Below are positions 52,601-64,000 of a stretch of 64,000 nucleotides of DNA, in pieces. The DNA lies in contig OZ316775.1 of the NCBI GenBank assembly GCA_973851085.1, forward strand, positions 18,848,001 through 18,912,000, written 5' to 3'. Positions within the stretch are counted from its first letter, which is position 1; each line of letters opens with the position of its first letter. The notes under the pieces were generated by a model that was given only the letters and a program-made list of their open reading frames with translations, had not been told where the DNA came from and did no database searches. A program made the translations under genes and the position numbers. This DNA comes from Ptychomitrium polyphyllum. Its lineage: Eukaryota.

Positions 52601-54465
52601 TTTGTGAGAGCCTTCATCTCCCCAATTTGCTTAGGAAGTTGCCTCAAGGATTTACACCATGATAGGTCCAAGTGCGTAAGAAATCTCAATTCACAAAAAT
52701 GTAAAAACTCCCCTTGAAAGTTTAAGTTAGTATGTGAGAGGTCCAAATACTTCAAATTCGTCATTCTCAAATTGGAGAAGAAACTCAACACTTCATCTAC
52801 GGATCCATTGAGCCCCGAAAACAAGCACACTTGAAGGTTAGCTGCTCGAAGGGTGTCCAAGCCTTGAGGGATGCCGTTGTTGATCAATGACATTCTTTTG
52901 ATGGCCTCTACCGACTTCCCTGGTGGAAGTGATTTCAACACTTTTCCTGATGCAAAGAAACTATTGTATCCACTCTGGCCTACTTCAGCTTTGGCAATGA
53001 TCATGAGCGCAAGGCCTCGCAAAATGTCATGCACTTGCGCATGTGTTCCACCACGACGCAAATCAATCAAAGACCGCTTCTCAAGAACTGCCAAGTGGGC
53101 CTTTCCCTCATCTTCCGCACCAACCAATCCCTCTGAGATCCACATCTGGACTAACTTGCTCACTTCAATCTCATAGTCTTCCGGAAATGCTGCAAAGTAC
53201 AAGAAACATGTCTTCAACACGTCCCCCTCCAACATGTCGTAACTCCACCGCAAGCGACCAAAAACTTCACTGTCTACTTTGGAACCTAATATTGCTTTGG
53301 ATTGCTTCAAACCATGCAACGCATAACTCCATTCTTCCTTCTTCACCTTGTCCCTCATTGTGCTACCCACAACTTCCAATGCCAAGGGTAACCGTCCACA
53401 CTCTTCACATACTTCTTTTGCCAAGTCCTTTGGAACTGTCTCAGGTAGTGTGCCCTTGTCAAATGCATGAATGCAGAACAATTTCCAACTGTCATCTTCC
53501 GACAGAGACAGTACGACCTCTGCTTCAGCATAAACCTCTGACAGCACTACAACGTTGCGTGTTGTGATCAAGGTTACAGATCCTGGGGCCGTTATAATGT
53601 TCAGCCAATACATCATGGCATGATTTTGTTCGCCTCCTTCCTGCCACACATCGTCCAAAACCAACAATACCTTCTTCTCTCTGAATGCATCCATCAAGAA
53701 AGAACGTTGATCTTCTAAGCTCCGATGAATGTAGCTCTGTTCAAACCTTGCATCTCCTAAGAATGTTGCCATTGTTTTGTACACATCACGAACTCTTGCA
53801 TCCAGTCCCACGCTGATCCACCTCACAAGATCAGCTCCGTACTTCCCTTTGATGTCTCCATCATTATGCAACATCTTTGCCACCAACGTTTTCCCAGCTC
53901 CACCTCTCCCGTGCAACCCAAGGTGGCTGGCCGCATCTTTTGTGTGGCTCTCTAGAATGGCTGCCTTCAGTTTGTTGAACGGAACATCCACCCCCACGAT
54001 CTCCGCTGGGATCGGTTGCACTACAAAGTCTGGCCATCTTGCTTTCTTTGCAGCATTGGCGCCCTTCAGGCATTCAACCGCAGCACAGAAAACAACAATA
54101 CCCATTGCCTTTTCGATCCGGCGAATGATAGCCGCTAGCTCGGCTGGCAGCTTCCCCCACCGCCAGAAAAGCACCGCTCTCTTCCTCCCCTCGCGCTTTG
54201 ATTCTTCTACACCTCTTGTGCCAAAGCTTCTTGCTTCCTCCATAATACCTTTGATTTCGTGCAACGCATCACTCTGAGCCTTCTCCCAACCGGCTGAATG
54301 TTCACATGCTCCGTCAATGTGTGGTTGGAGCTTGTTCGCACTCTCCAGGAGAAGCCTGCACTTCTCTCTATGTCTGTAGGCACCTTTGGCTGCATTGATC
54401 ACCTCGTTGACGAACATATTTACGGCTGTCCCTACTACAGCAGGAGTGAAGACTGGATCTGCCAT
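49633..54465 (-). CDS. NLR immune receptor copy B (CC-type, NB-ARC, 41 complete 24-aa LRRs; last 20 aa and stop encoded by the LTR)
   Basis: Uninterrupted ORF, identical to copy A through LRR7. Reads ...LNGYSS|VAHLSFRSAHKSKGTRGILK* across the LTR boundary at 49697/49696. Confidence 0.95.
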   Translation of the reverse strand: MADPVFTPAVVGTAVNMFVNEVINAAKGAYRHREKCRLLLESANKLQPHIDGACEHSAGWEKAQSDALHEIKGIMEEARSFGTRGVEESKREGRKRAVLFWRWGKLPAELAAIIRRIEKAMGIVVFCAAVECLKGANAAKKARWPDFVVQPIPAEIVGVDVPFNKLKAAILESHTKDAASHLGLHGRGGAGKTLVAKMLHNDGDIKGKYGADLVRWISVGLDARVRDVYKTMATFLGDARFEQSYIHRSLEDQRSFLMDAFREKKVLLVLDDVWQEGGEQNHAMMYWLNIITAPGSVTLITTRNVVVLSEVYAEAEVVLSLSEDDSWKLFCIHAFDKGTLPETVPKDLAKEVCEECGRLPLALEVVGSTMRDKVKKEEWSYALHGLKQSKAILGSKVDSEVFGRLRWSYDMLEGDVLKTCFLYFAAFPEDYEIEVSKLVQMWISEGLVGAEDEGKAHLAVLEKRSLIDLRRGGTHAQVHDILRGLALMIIAKAEVGQSGYNSFFASGKVLKSLPPGKSVEAIKRMSLINNGIPQGLDTLRAANLQVCLFSGLNGSVDEVLSFFSNLRMTNLKYLDLSHTNLNFQGEFLHFCELRFLTHLDLSWCKSLRQLPKQIGEMKALTNLYLNGCSSLQQLPEQIGEMKALANLYLNGCLSLQQLPVQIGELKALTNLDLDGCSSLQQLPAQIGELKALTDLVLYGCSSLQQLPKQIGELKALTNLDLNRCSSLQQLPEQIGELKALTLLDLFGCSSLQQLPKQIGKLKALTNLYLTGCSSLQQLPKQIGELKAFTNLYLNGCSSLQQLPEQIGELKALTNLNLYGCSSLQQLPKQIGGLKALSKLHLNGCSSLQQLPEQIGELKALTNLNLDGCSSLQQLPEQIGGLKALTNLYLTGCSSLQQLPKQIGELKALTNLNLTRCSSLQQLPKQIGELKALTNLNLYECSSLQQLPEQIGELKALTNLYLTGCSSLQQLLEQIGELKAFTNLYLNGCSSLQQLPEQIGELKALTYLNLYGCSSLQQLPEQIGGLKVLAKLHLNGCSSLQQLPEQIGQLKALTNLNLYGCSSLQQLPKQIGGLKALTNLYLTGCSSLEQLPQQIGELKALTYLKLYGCSSLQQLPEQIGELKALTYLNLYGCLSLQQLPEKIGGLKALTYLNLYGCLSLQQLPEQIGRLKALTYLKLYGCSSLQQLPEQIGELKVLINLNLDGCLSLQQLPEQIGELKALTNLYLTGCSSLQQLPEQIGELKVVTNLYLNGCSSLQQLPEKIGELKALTNLDLDGCSSLQQLPKQIGGLKALTNLNLDGCLSLQQLPEQIRELEALTNLNLYECSSLQQLPEQIGGLKALSNLYLTGCSSLQQLPVQIRELKALINLNLDGCLSLQQLPEQIGELKALTNLNLYECSSLQQLPAQVGELKALMNLCLNGCSSLQQLPEQIGELKALTNLYLTGCSSLQQLPKQIGELKALTYLYLNGCSSLQQLPEQIGELKALTYLNLYGCSSLQQLPRQTGELKALTDLILYGCSSLQQLPEQIGKLKALTNLNLYGCSSLQQLPEQIRELKALTNLDLDGCSSLQQLPEQIVELKALTSLSLNGYSSVAHLSFRSAHKSKGTRGILK
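49697..52680 (-). repeat. 72-bp tandem array encoding LRRs (41 full units + 32 bp)
   Basis: Unit consensus LTNLxLxGCSSLQQLPEQIGELKA; 2984 bp = 41x72+32, with no indel. Confidence 0.97.
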
Positions 54466-57400
54466 GACAACCTCTACGGCTGCCAATGATATCATCAACT
54501 CTCCCGTAATCAACATACGTGCCAAATCAATCACGACCCACAACCACAATGAAGCTCCCCACAATTAAGCAGTGACAACCACCTACCCAAATGGTGTGCA
54601 GAAAGATGGACAAGCAGCTTGCCTCCACTAGCACTCTAGACCGACGTTGTGATCAAACAGAGATCTCTCGCACGAAGGTACCTGATGGGAAGTACACGAA
54701 ATTCCTCCTCTTGCCTGCTCAAATGATACTTGAAATCCCAGCCTTCCTTCCGTCACCACACCACAGAGACCTATCAACAATCTCCCAGGTATTTCATTCA
54801 CCACGCCGTCCGCACATTTGTCAACAATGCCAGCACGCTCATTGCAAACTTCAACGCTGTAACAACCCGGATCTACATCAAAGAAGCTCCAAATAGGGCT
54901 CCACTAATCTATCAACTATCATCCACTGAATCGACTAGAAAGAGGTCAACAGCACAGTACAAATGGAACGGCCTACTGTAGCACGCAACCACTAAGACTT
55001 GCGAAACCTTGCACCAGCAAACGACGCTCGCATTCCACCCCACCCCAGCATACAACCTCCGCGACGGTATGGCGCCCGTGGCGAACACTCCCACGCACAA
55101 TACCCCACTCCGCTCCTCTCCTCTCATCCTCCGCCTCAAGACCTATCAGCTCCCAAGACGCACCTCCCCTCACTGCACCTCTCTCCTCCCCAAAACGTTG
55201 CTCGCCGCAATAGCCATCACCAAACCACAGAGCTGTCAACGGGTACTGTCACTCCACAACCACAACCAACAAGCGCAGTCCAACCGACCCACCTGCACTA
55301 GCGCCGGCCACCAGCCGAAGCGTCCACCAAACGCCCTGGTTTCCTCAGCTCCGCTTCACATCAACATCCACGCGCCGACACCCATGGGGAAGAGGCGCAG
55401 CACTCTCCCCCACGGCCCTCCGCAGGATGCTGAAAACCGCGCACGAAAGAGAAGATGGCCACGAACTAGCGCCTCGGGGCGACCAGCGACAAGCAGGGAC
55501 GGAGCTCTGCGATGGCTGCGACGGGCGACCACGCCAGGAGTGGGAACATCCCAGCCAATAACACAAACTGCCAATGACCGACGTCGCTTGCGAGCCACAT
55601 GAGCCGTGGGCTCTGCCTCCAGGAAGCCCCACACAATGCAGGCAAGTCGGGAGCGCGAATGGTAAGAGGCCGCCCAGGTCAAGCTCGAACGCGGTGTCCG
55701 CCCAGCATCCAACACGCGGACCCCCATGTGTGCATGCAGACATAAAATACGAGGAGATGCGCCGGGAGATGCCCCGGGCAGGGCCGTCCCTGCCACGGAG
55801 TCCCGCGGCTGCAGTACAACACGGCCCACCCTCATTCTTTCCTGGACGCGTCATTCGGAGTAACTCTAGGTGCTGTGGATGTTCACATTCACCTTCGTTG
55901 CGCTTATCAGATGTGGAATGGACAAAGTTTTCAGCCTCAGCCGACTAGTCACATCACAATTCTAGTGTTTATTGCACTCTCTTTCAGAATTGGAGCAAAT
56001 TGTGCGTCACTGGAATTCCACTGTAGCCTGGATTGGAACAATAGTGTGCACCACACTGTTTCACATACACGACGTACTCATGAACATCAAATCTCACAGC
56101 ACTGGAACCTTGATCAGGTCCCAGAACGTGAAGTTTGCCCTATTTACTAGCCACTACAGTTGCTTTGGAGAAACCGGATTATAACTAGTCCGCTTGGGTG
56201 TTCTCGTCGTCTCAATTCTCTGCAGTATGAGGTGCACTCACCACCCTCGATCACCTCTCCGTGTGCCACGGCCAACAGAACTGGCAAACATGTTTGTATT
56301 CTCCCAACGGTCTACTAGAGCACTCCGTCTCCGCCAGTACCGGACTCTCCATCTGCCTGCACTCACGCAGTGTGGATTTCGGTGAGTCAGTGCGAACAGG
56401 AAGAATATGATGTCAAGTCACCGGTACGCCGTCATTGATGAATGTAAGCGTTTTCAGCTCACGGAAAGGACCCCAAGTCATCGGTTCTTAACACGAACTA
56501 CTTCAGGCTTCAGAGCCGTGTGCTGTACGGTTCATGACATTCACGACGACCCTCCTACACAACCACGTTGCCCACCGTGAAACTGAACTCCGTGGGGGAG
56601 TTCACTGTTCAGAAACAGGTGGCAACAAACGAAGCATTGATACCTGAACAAGGCTTCCTGGATCGCCTTCACACTGCGTACATCTCAACGTGCAACCACT
56701 TTGTGGCAGACCATTTGGTGCCTCTAATCACAGGGCAGCCGCCTGCCCAACGAAAGCACACCCCACCATTTTAGTAAACCAGCCTTTCGGTCCCAACACA
56801 AGGAGCCTGTCGAGTTTCAAGAGGGGATAAGGGAATGCGAAACAGGACGCGCATTCAACCCAGACATGTGACTCCTCTAAGTTCTTGACGACCGAAGTAT
56901 ATGGGCAGCGAAAAGAGCGTGGCTCTCTTCCAAACCCTAGCCGATCAGAGACTGCACGACGAGTTTTCCACTGCAAACCCAGGCCGAAACGGAAGCCTAC
57001 CATGCAAGCTCGTAGGATCTACAGTGGCATCTGGCTTCATGCTCCAGAACAGCAAGGCATCTCCCGTACGCGGTCGCACGGAAACGCCAGCCTTCGCGCA
57101 TTCTGATCGCTGATTCCAATCGGGAACCTCACTGGCATTCACCTTCGAAGCTGGGAAAACCGTTTCTCCCCCCTCCTCAACATTTGAGCTCTGCCCACGT
57201 CATGAAAACGTCAGGACTCATCAGTGAGACCGATGTGATTGCAGACGTACACTTTTCCAGCCGAAAGTAGTTTCACCTACACCTCAATCATGCCAGACTG
57301 TCATTCTCTCTTCACTGGGAGCTAACAGGTGATGTAGGATTGCTGATCGTCGACGCAGGCTGTACAAGCCTGCTCCGCTGCATACACGGGAAACAAGTGC

Positions 57401-58448
57401 AGCGCAAGTCGTGTGGTGAGGGGATCAACAGAGCGGAAGACTCACAGATACATCAGTGCAGTAGCAATTCGTTGGCCACCGTTCTTGGTGTTCAACGCGT
57501 CGTGAAAGTAGTCATAGTGAGCCTCGTACTTTTCACTCTCTTTGTACTGCAGAACTTGTAAACCTTCACCTTGTTCTGCGTCCAAAAAACAACACGCCGT
57601 GACTGCACTGAACAGGATGGCGCACAAAGCACGCTAGCACGCTCCTGAGCAGGGGCTGTACCAATCCATGCCAGGTGCAGAATGAAAAGTGAAATAAAAC
57701 CCGTAAGCGTGGCACGGTTTTCCATGGTGGACTACCAGCGCCAAACCAATCACATCGAGAACGCATCAACATGCACAAATTCTTGCCACCGGAAGAAACA
57801 TCAAAACCTCATCCGACTAGCATACCACCTACATAAACTCAGCACTGAAAGCAAGGGTGGATCATACACACCAACGGGTATGAATGTGAAATCAGCTATT
57901 CGTTTCTCGATCCTCTTAATCACATGGTCTTGACCACGCATCAAAAATGTTCCTGAACTTGTGCGTACTCTGCAGTATCATAAGCACCGAGTCAAAGCAT
58001 GGCTATGAAAACCTGGACATTGCGCAGTCGCCATGTGATGCACGAAACGTTGAGACAACCTAAGATTCACTACACATACATGAGGATCCACCTGTGGAGC
58101 CAATGGAGACCAAAAGTGTAATCACAGCTGAACTGGAAAAGCTGGCGGGATCAACCACTTACAGACTGCAACATTGAGAAAGAGCTCCATTAGCACGCAC
58201 CTGCTGTCTTTGCTCTTTCCAGTAGCACTATCCACAACCGTTGACTTCACCAAGCTTGGCCTCGCTGCCTCAATCAGATGCTTGCATTCCTCTTGTGCCT
58301 GTTCCCAATACACCAGTCTCGACTTAGATCACTTGATACATCTACGAGTAATCGGCACCAGCGATCCATTTATTCTTATTCTTCTTCTAATGTCACTGAA
58401 CATCATCACATGTTCCCATTACAAGCTCTAACTCAGATGTAGATCGCA
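52203..58448 (-). repeat. Right arm of 6246-bp inverted duplication
   Basis: Reverse complement of 16560-22805; outer junction ...AGATCGCA|AGAGACACTC joins TFIIIC-like coding sequence. Confidence 0.97.
56669..58298 (-). pseudogene. P4H: 5'-truncated duplicate of P4H (exons 3-7 only)
   Basis: Mirror of 16710-18339. The duplication starts inside intron 2, so the promoter, ATG and TM exon are missing. Confidence 0.92.
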
Positions 58449-61400
58449 AGAGACACTCTAGGGTCTGCCAGTAGGCCTCCAAAGTTTTGATTAAAGTCAT
58501 GGAGAACTCTTGGCTGGCTCTTGGGGTCAAGTCAAAGGCATCTAAATTGAGAGACGACAGAGGTTTACGCGCCAATTCCACTATAGAAGGCTGTATTTCC
58601 GTGCCATATATAAGTGATGCTTCAAGAGAATAAGTTGTTGCGGGATTTTGAATGCCCCATGGAAATCTTCTGGAAGATCACATAAGCGTAGTTCTTTGTT
58701 GCTGTAGGGCTCTAACTCCTCCATTGACTTCGTTGAGCCGACAACTTGTAGAAAAGGATCCAACGGCATTGCCTTTACTGCAAGTGCCAATAAAAAGACC
58801 CGACAAGAGTTTTCATCTGGCTTCATCACCAGCTCGTCATCAGCGTACTCTGGAATACCATCTACATACGACCAGAGAAAGATGTGTAGCATCCGAACCC
58901 AAACCATCTTTGCAGAAACAAATCCATTTCCACTCAACGTCCTCGCCTTCTCGGCCTCAGTTTCAGCTGCAGGTTCGAATTTTCTCTTTCCACCTTTGTG
59001 TCTTTGCTTCACACTCGGAACAGGTACTGTGGAAGCATCGGCCTTAACTTTTGATGAACCATAACCCCTGTCGATCTTGTCGAATTGCCGGATGCGATCA
59101 TGCCCTTTAACAAGCAAACCAGGCCCAACCTGCACTTCAGGGTTAATAACAACCTCGCTTTGCCGACTTTGCCCACCATTCGTAGGGCCTGGCAGGCTCA
59201 AGATGATGCACTTGACCCGACCATCTCGCTGTAGCTTCTGTAGCGACCGCGTTGGAGTCTTGCGATCCATCATAGTATCTTCAGGATCCTTCTCAGATTC
59301 TCAATCCACCTGTGAAGCATGCATCAATACTCTACACCCTAGCAATTGCTAGTCTTCATCCGAGGTCGGCCAGACTTTGCCAACGAGATGTAGAGAGGCT
59401 CCTGAAGAGCACACAAGTCGAGGAGGGAATTCAAGAAGGATATTGTGAAAGACGAATATTTACATGCAATCTTTGCATGATAGGAAGTTCCCGCTAGATG
59501 GCTGGGGTGGTCTGAAGCGGTAATGCATACACCTGCCCGGACCTACATGCAAACGTTTCAAATAATAATGCTGAGGTTAACGCCTCGAATTGGTAAATCA
59601 CTCCACATTCATGGTGGGTTTGTGATTCGTACACACTCACCTAAGTGACACATATGAAACATTGGCAATGTTGCTATGACAAATATCAGTCGAAATCAGA
59701 AGAAGCTAGAGTTGCAACCAGGAGCTCATCTTCATCCACCTTCACAATCGACAAATCCGCTGATGCCAGAGCTCGACAACTATTACAATCCTCTGGACCC
59801 TTCAGCAAGTTATTTGTTGCAATAGGAGTTCCTCTGGTGTCTTCAGTCAGATCCTGTTCCTGTTCCTGTACTTTTTCCTTCTCCTGTTCCATCTCCTTTT
59901 ATTTTGCCTTCTCATGCTCTTTCTTACCTTTGTCAGTAACTTTCGAGCCCTTCGAATTTTTGCAGTGGATAAAGGAGAAAATTGTGCTGCAACCAATTCC
60001 AACCCGCAGGTTACGGCAGAAAGTAAGACGAGTATTGTATCGTGGAAGAACGTTTCCCATAAAACAAACCTACACAAAAAGCCCTTACTCATGACAACTT
60101 CGTTGTATCCAAACCAGTGTTCGCCTGATATTGGTAAGAGCTGTCTACAAACCAAAATGATCTTACATTTTGACTACCAGAACCGGTGCAAGCAAAGGAA
60201 AAGATTTCAAAAATCCTAGGTGGGTACAGATCACAGGAACTCTTTCGAATACCGGAACAACACTGGTCCAAACACATACATAGAGTATACCTAGAGGAAC
60301 AACATATTGTGGCTCGAGATCTGTCCTTGCAGGTCCAACAGTCAATGTGAGGTCGGAGGCCAAACTGGCGTTTGGTGCAGACCTTAGCCGGTAGAGCATT
60401 GCTTTCGTGTGCTGTGCTCCTACCGAAACAATGCAGCCCTTGGCAAGCATGTTGGTACCCGGGAGGTAGTTCCGCTCGTTGTTCAGTCCTAGCTGCTTCC
60501 AGATCTGTATGACGACAACACCTGGTGTCATCACTTGATAATTCTGAATTCAATACTACGCCACAATCAAGGATAATGTAGCTAAAACTGGGTGGGATAT
60601 AAAACACATAAACGGGCTGTTAGCCTGTAACTTACGTCCATCATATACAATCAGCCAGGACCTGAATTATGAATGAAATCGTAGATCTGGCGATCCAGGG
60701 TACTTTCAACCATTTGTTCCGTTACTTGACCCCGTTGCATACCGCGTAGTTGTGCCGCTGCTTCTGTGCCATCGTTTCCAGCATTGAAGGCTTTTGTATC
60801 GAAAGATTTCAAAAAACGAACACAAGGTGCAATCTGCAGTCAAAGAGTCCATCATGAAGTCCAAGCGTCCCTCGATGGACTTCAAAGTGCTCGAAAAACG
60901 AACTCTAATTCTCATTCATAGCCATCAGGGTCAAGCAACTACGTAAAGAGCTTCGGCATAATTACTAACACGATACGTTTCGAAATTGCGGATAACACGA
61001 GAAAGAAGTATCACTTTTGATCCCGCAATCTGGATATTACATATCCCCACCATACCGACATCTTGGAGCCGTTTCGCCAGCTGCATCAACAGAAAGCAGT
61101 CTCAACTTTGATTTCTCAGGAGCACATGACAGAGTCCACTCTTGCCTCCAGATGATGCCAAGCATAACCAAATGCGATTACTCTGCTTTTCAGAACAACT
61201 TGAGACAGGAAGGCCACGTACCCTGCGCCAACTCGGTGGCCTTGGGCAAAACGATACTTCAGGTCGGACATCATAATCACCTTTGTAAAATCACACGCAG
61301 CAAACATCAAACATCAATGCAATATGACAGGCAGACGATAATGAAAAAACCCCTAGGTCACTGTCGAGGTGCTTCAGAAGACCATGTGGTATCCAAGGGT

Positions 61401-62003
61401 GCACCGCCCAAGTTCGTTAGTAACAGGACATTGCTCCATCATATGTTATAGTAACATGAAATGAAATAACAAAACATCTGTAAGAGTCGGGCACACCTCG
61501 TTCTCTGCAGACCCAAGCTTCTCACATATTCATTGCATAGCCGGGTAATCGTCATGAATCGGAACCTCCTCTGTTGGTTGCTTAGCATCTTCTTCACCTG
61601 CACACACATCTCCAGAGGTAGAAGCGTTGCCATGTAAAACATTGGACTTGGATGAACTTGGGATCTCATAGCACGCATGCGAGCCAAGATTGTGATCCTT
61701 CTCACAGCGAGAGAGACGCGCCAGGTTGGTAGCCACAATAGGCACGAACGTGCTATTTGGCCCTCTCGACGACCTAAGGCATTTTGTTCCCGCCTGTTTC
61801 AAACTCTTTGCCTAGCTGGCTCTGTGTAACTCCCTGGCCCGGGGTAAAGCGGAGGGGCGACGTAACTAAAGTCTGCGCACAAACCTCGAGGTACAATCGA
61901 ACGGAATTTTGAATTGAAAGTATGTCTTTACGTTGACGATGCATTTACCTTCAGCTGCTTCTGCGGCGATTTCGTGCAGCGCCCCGGTCACCAGGGCGTC
62001 CAT
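58449..62003 (-). pseudogene. GTF3C1: TFIIIC subunit 1 (B-block binding subunit) pseudogene, 3'-truncated at the duplication junction
   Basis: Exon 1 MDALVTGALHEIAAEAAEG (62003-61949). Blocks recognised from memory of plant homologues: IWKQLGLNNERNY, LHRWIENL/EKD..MMDRKT, KCIILSLPGPTNGGQSR, NGFVSAKMVWVRMLHIFLWSY, LDPFLQVVGS, EAYWQTLE. Frameshifts near 59295 and ~58640. Confidence 0.85.
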
Positions 62004-62475
62004 GGCGCTGCCTCGATTTCCGAAATCTCCACTACGCACCCCGCCTGCCGAAGCTGGCATCTTGCTGCTCTCGAAACTTCTGGAGACACAACAAAGTCGG
62101 TCTGAGGGCATGGGCATTGAAATAGCTTGAGAGTCTCCACGTGAGAGAAGCCCCCGCTGTGACGCTCCTCGTCTCGCAATCAACCAAACTCTGCTCCCAT
62201 ACACACGCGGAGGTCGAGTCATCAGACTCGAGAGCCGCACATCTGCCATCATTCCAAACAACACCAACGACTCGCGTCACGCTCGGAATGCCAACTCGAC
62301 ATGCTTCACCCAACTTGTGCAGGCTGGGTGCTGGGTTGGTGGCGTGGTGCGGTGACGATGCCGCGTCGTCGTTTGCGCTTGGGAAAGGGATTCCTGAAGG
62401 GTCTCTTAGTTGTAGCAGCGCACGCTATCCCTTCCCGAAATTTGTGATATTCATGTGTATGATCTGGATGAGATC

Positions 62476-62531
62476 TACTTACATTCTTTGCAGTACTATG
62501 GGTTACTTACATTCTTTGCAGTACTATGGGT
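62476..62531. repeat. 28-bp tandem duplication
   Basis: TACTTACATTCTTTGCAGTACTATGGGT twice, at 62476 and 62504. Confidence 0.9.
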
Positions 62532-64000
62532 TGTTTGGCTTGAGGTCCCATGAATCACCGCTGGCATTGTTCAACTGAGAGGTTAAGCCGCGAATTATTA
62601 ACCCTTTAGCGCTCAGGGACTGTATTATAGGGACCTCCGCAGATTTTCTACCGGCTCCATAACTGCCCCTAGGTTGCTGGATGGAAATGACCTATATGGT
62701 GCAGTATTGGTATGATTTGGCGAAGGCAGGACGGCTTCGGTCATCCTTCCTTGAATAGGTGAGCAAATTGGACAGCCTCAGTAAAGGTAGCCCGTGGCAA
62801 GCCGACTGTGGTTACCTAGATGTATTCTCGTAGGCCTGCGTAGAAGGTTCTAAGCATAAAGGTAATGTTTGAGGGTTGGTGAGGTTCTCCATTAGTTGTA
62901 GTAGTTGTTCTATAGAATCCTCAACAAATTCTATGGATTTTTGTGTCATGGTATAAAAATGGATGTATGTTTTATCTTTGGTTTTAATCAATCAATAGCA
63001 TTTTTTGAATGCAAGAAGGAAGTCATCTAAAGTTTTGTAAAAAAATTAGAGGCGATGAAATGTGAACCAGATGAATTCTTTGTTGGTAAGTATACTACCA
63101 AAAAGTTCTAGTTGGACTAGGAGAGTATTTTTTCCATTCAAAATAAGTAACAAGATAAATTTTTGGCAATAATGTTCAAGATATGTACCAATTTGATAGA
63201 TCGAATATGCTAGAGCTTTGTAAATAAGAAGGTATATAATAAGGAGCACTAGCAATGTGGAAGCTATTGATGGAGGTTGCAACCAATTGGTAGTAGCAAG
63301 CAAGCAAATATGGATATATTGATGATAAGAAGGAGTATGGGAGTTGGATAGTCTACAAAGGTGGCAAAATGTAGAAGGAATACAAGAAATGGAAAGAAAA
63401 TAAGGGAATTAATTAGGAAAAAATAGATAAAAGAAAAGTTGGTTTAAGTAGGTGTTTATATGTATGTGGAACTTGCCAGTAATTTAGTAAGTTAATATTA
63501 TAATTAGTAGAAGGCAAATTGGCAGCTATAAAAAAGAAGTTTATTGTAGTAGAATTATTAAAAGGTCCTTTGGTAGAAATATGAATTGATTAAGGAAATT
63601 GGAAGTGATAGACAACAATAATAGATGTAATTTTAGGAGATTCATGCCAAAAAAAAGAAGTATATGGAATTGGTTGAAGAATTAAAAGAAACAAAGATTA
63701 TATCATGATAAAATTGTCATCCTCCTATGTCTATCAGTTAATAATCAAGTTAATAATGGTATTGACTTGATAAGCATGTTCTTGAAGTATTGAAAGGTCA
63801 TTTTATATGTAACAAGGAATATGTGGAGAAGAAGTATTAGGAACACAAGAAACAAAAAGCAAAAACGAAGTGTTTCCCAAAAATTAGCTTCCAAAGAGCT
63901 AATGATTAACAAAAATCTGATACAAAGACTAGAACAAAGTAGGATTCAATATGATCTACAACTTGTGTTGGCAAGATTAAAGAATACCTTGTCTTGCCTC

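Noticed and set aside
49697..52680. CRISPR-like look of constant and variable segments in the 72-bp array
   Set aside because: Variable parts are related to each other and encode in-frame LRR strands; eukaryotic context; no cas genes.
58393..59273. In-frame TFIIIC-P4H fusion protein
   Set aside because: TFIIIC is frameshifted upstream and the junction frame stops at 58393 within P4H intron sequence.

Overview
Eukaryotic, intron-containing land-plant DNA; the AT-rich decayed TE deserts, chromoviral gypsy elements and MAEPL-like NLRs look bryophyte-like (inference). Left part: a decayed Ty3/gypsy element fused to a BTF3/NAC-beta pseudogene, then a divergent gene pair (plastid-type lipoyl synthase, minus; prolyl 4-hydroxylase, plus). 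The core, 16560-58448, is a ~42 kb nested inverted-repeat structure. Its outer arms (6246 bp, no difference seen) carry the P4H 3' half and a CC-NB-ARC-LRR gene; its inner arms are two near-identical defective chromoviral LTR retrotransposons. Three reciprocal target-site duplications show that the 7.7 kb central spacer has been inverted, separating the long NLR (41 uninterrupted 72-bp LRRs, now ending in an LTR-donated stop) from its own 3' LRR tail. The two NLR copies share a head but have different LRR tails. Intron-retaining pseudogenes of NAA30/MAK3 and TFIIIC subunit 1 are also present. All comparisons were made by eye; no alignment or database search was run.
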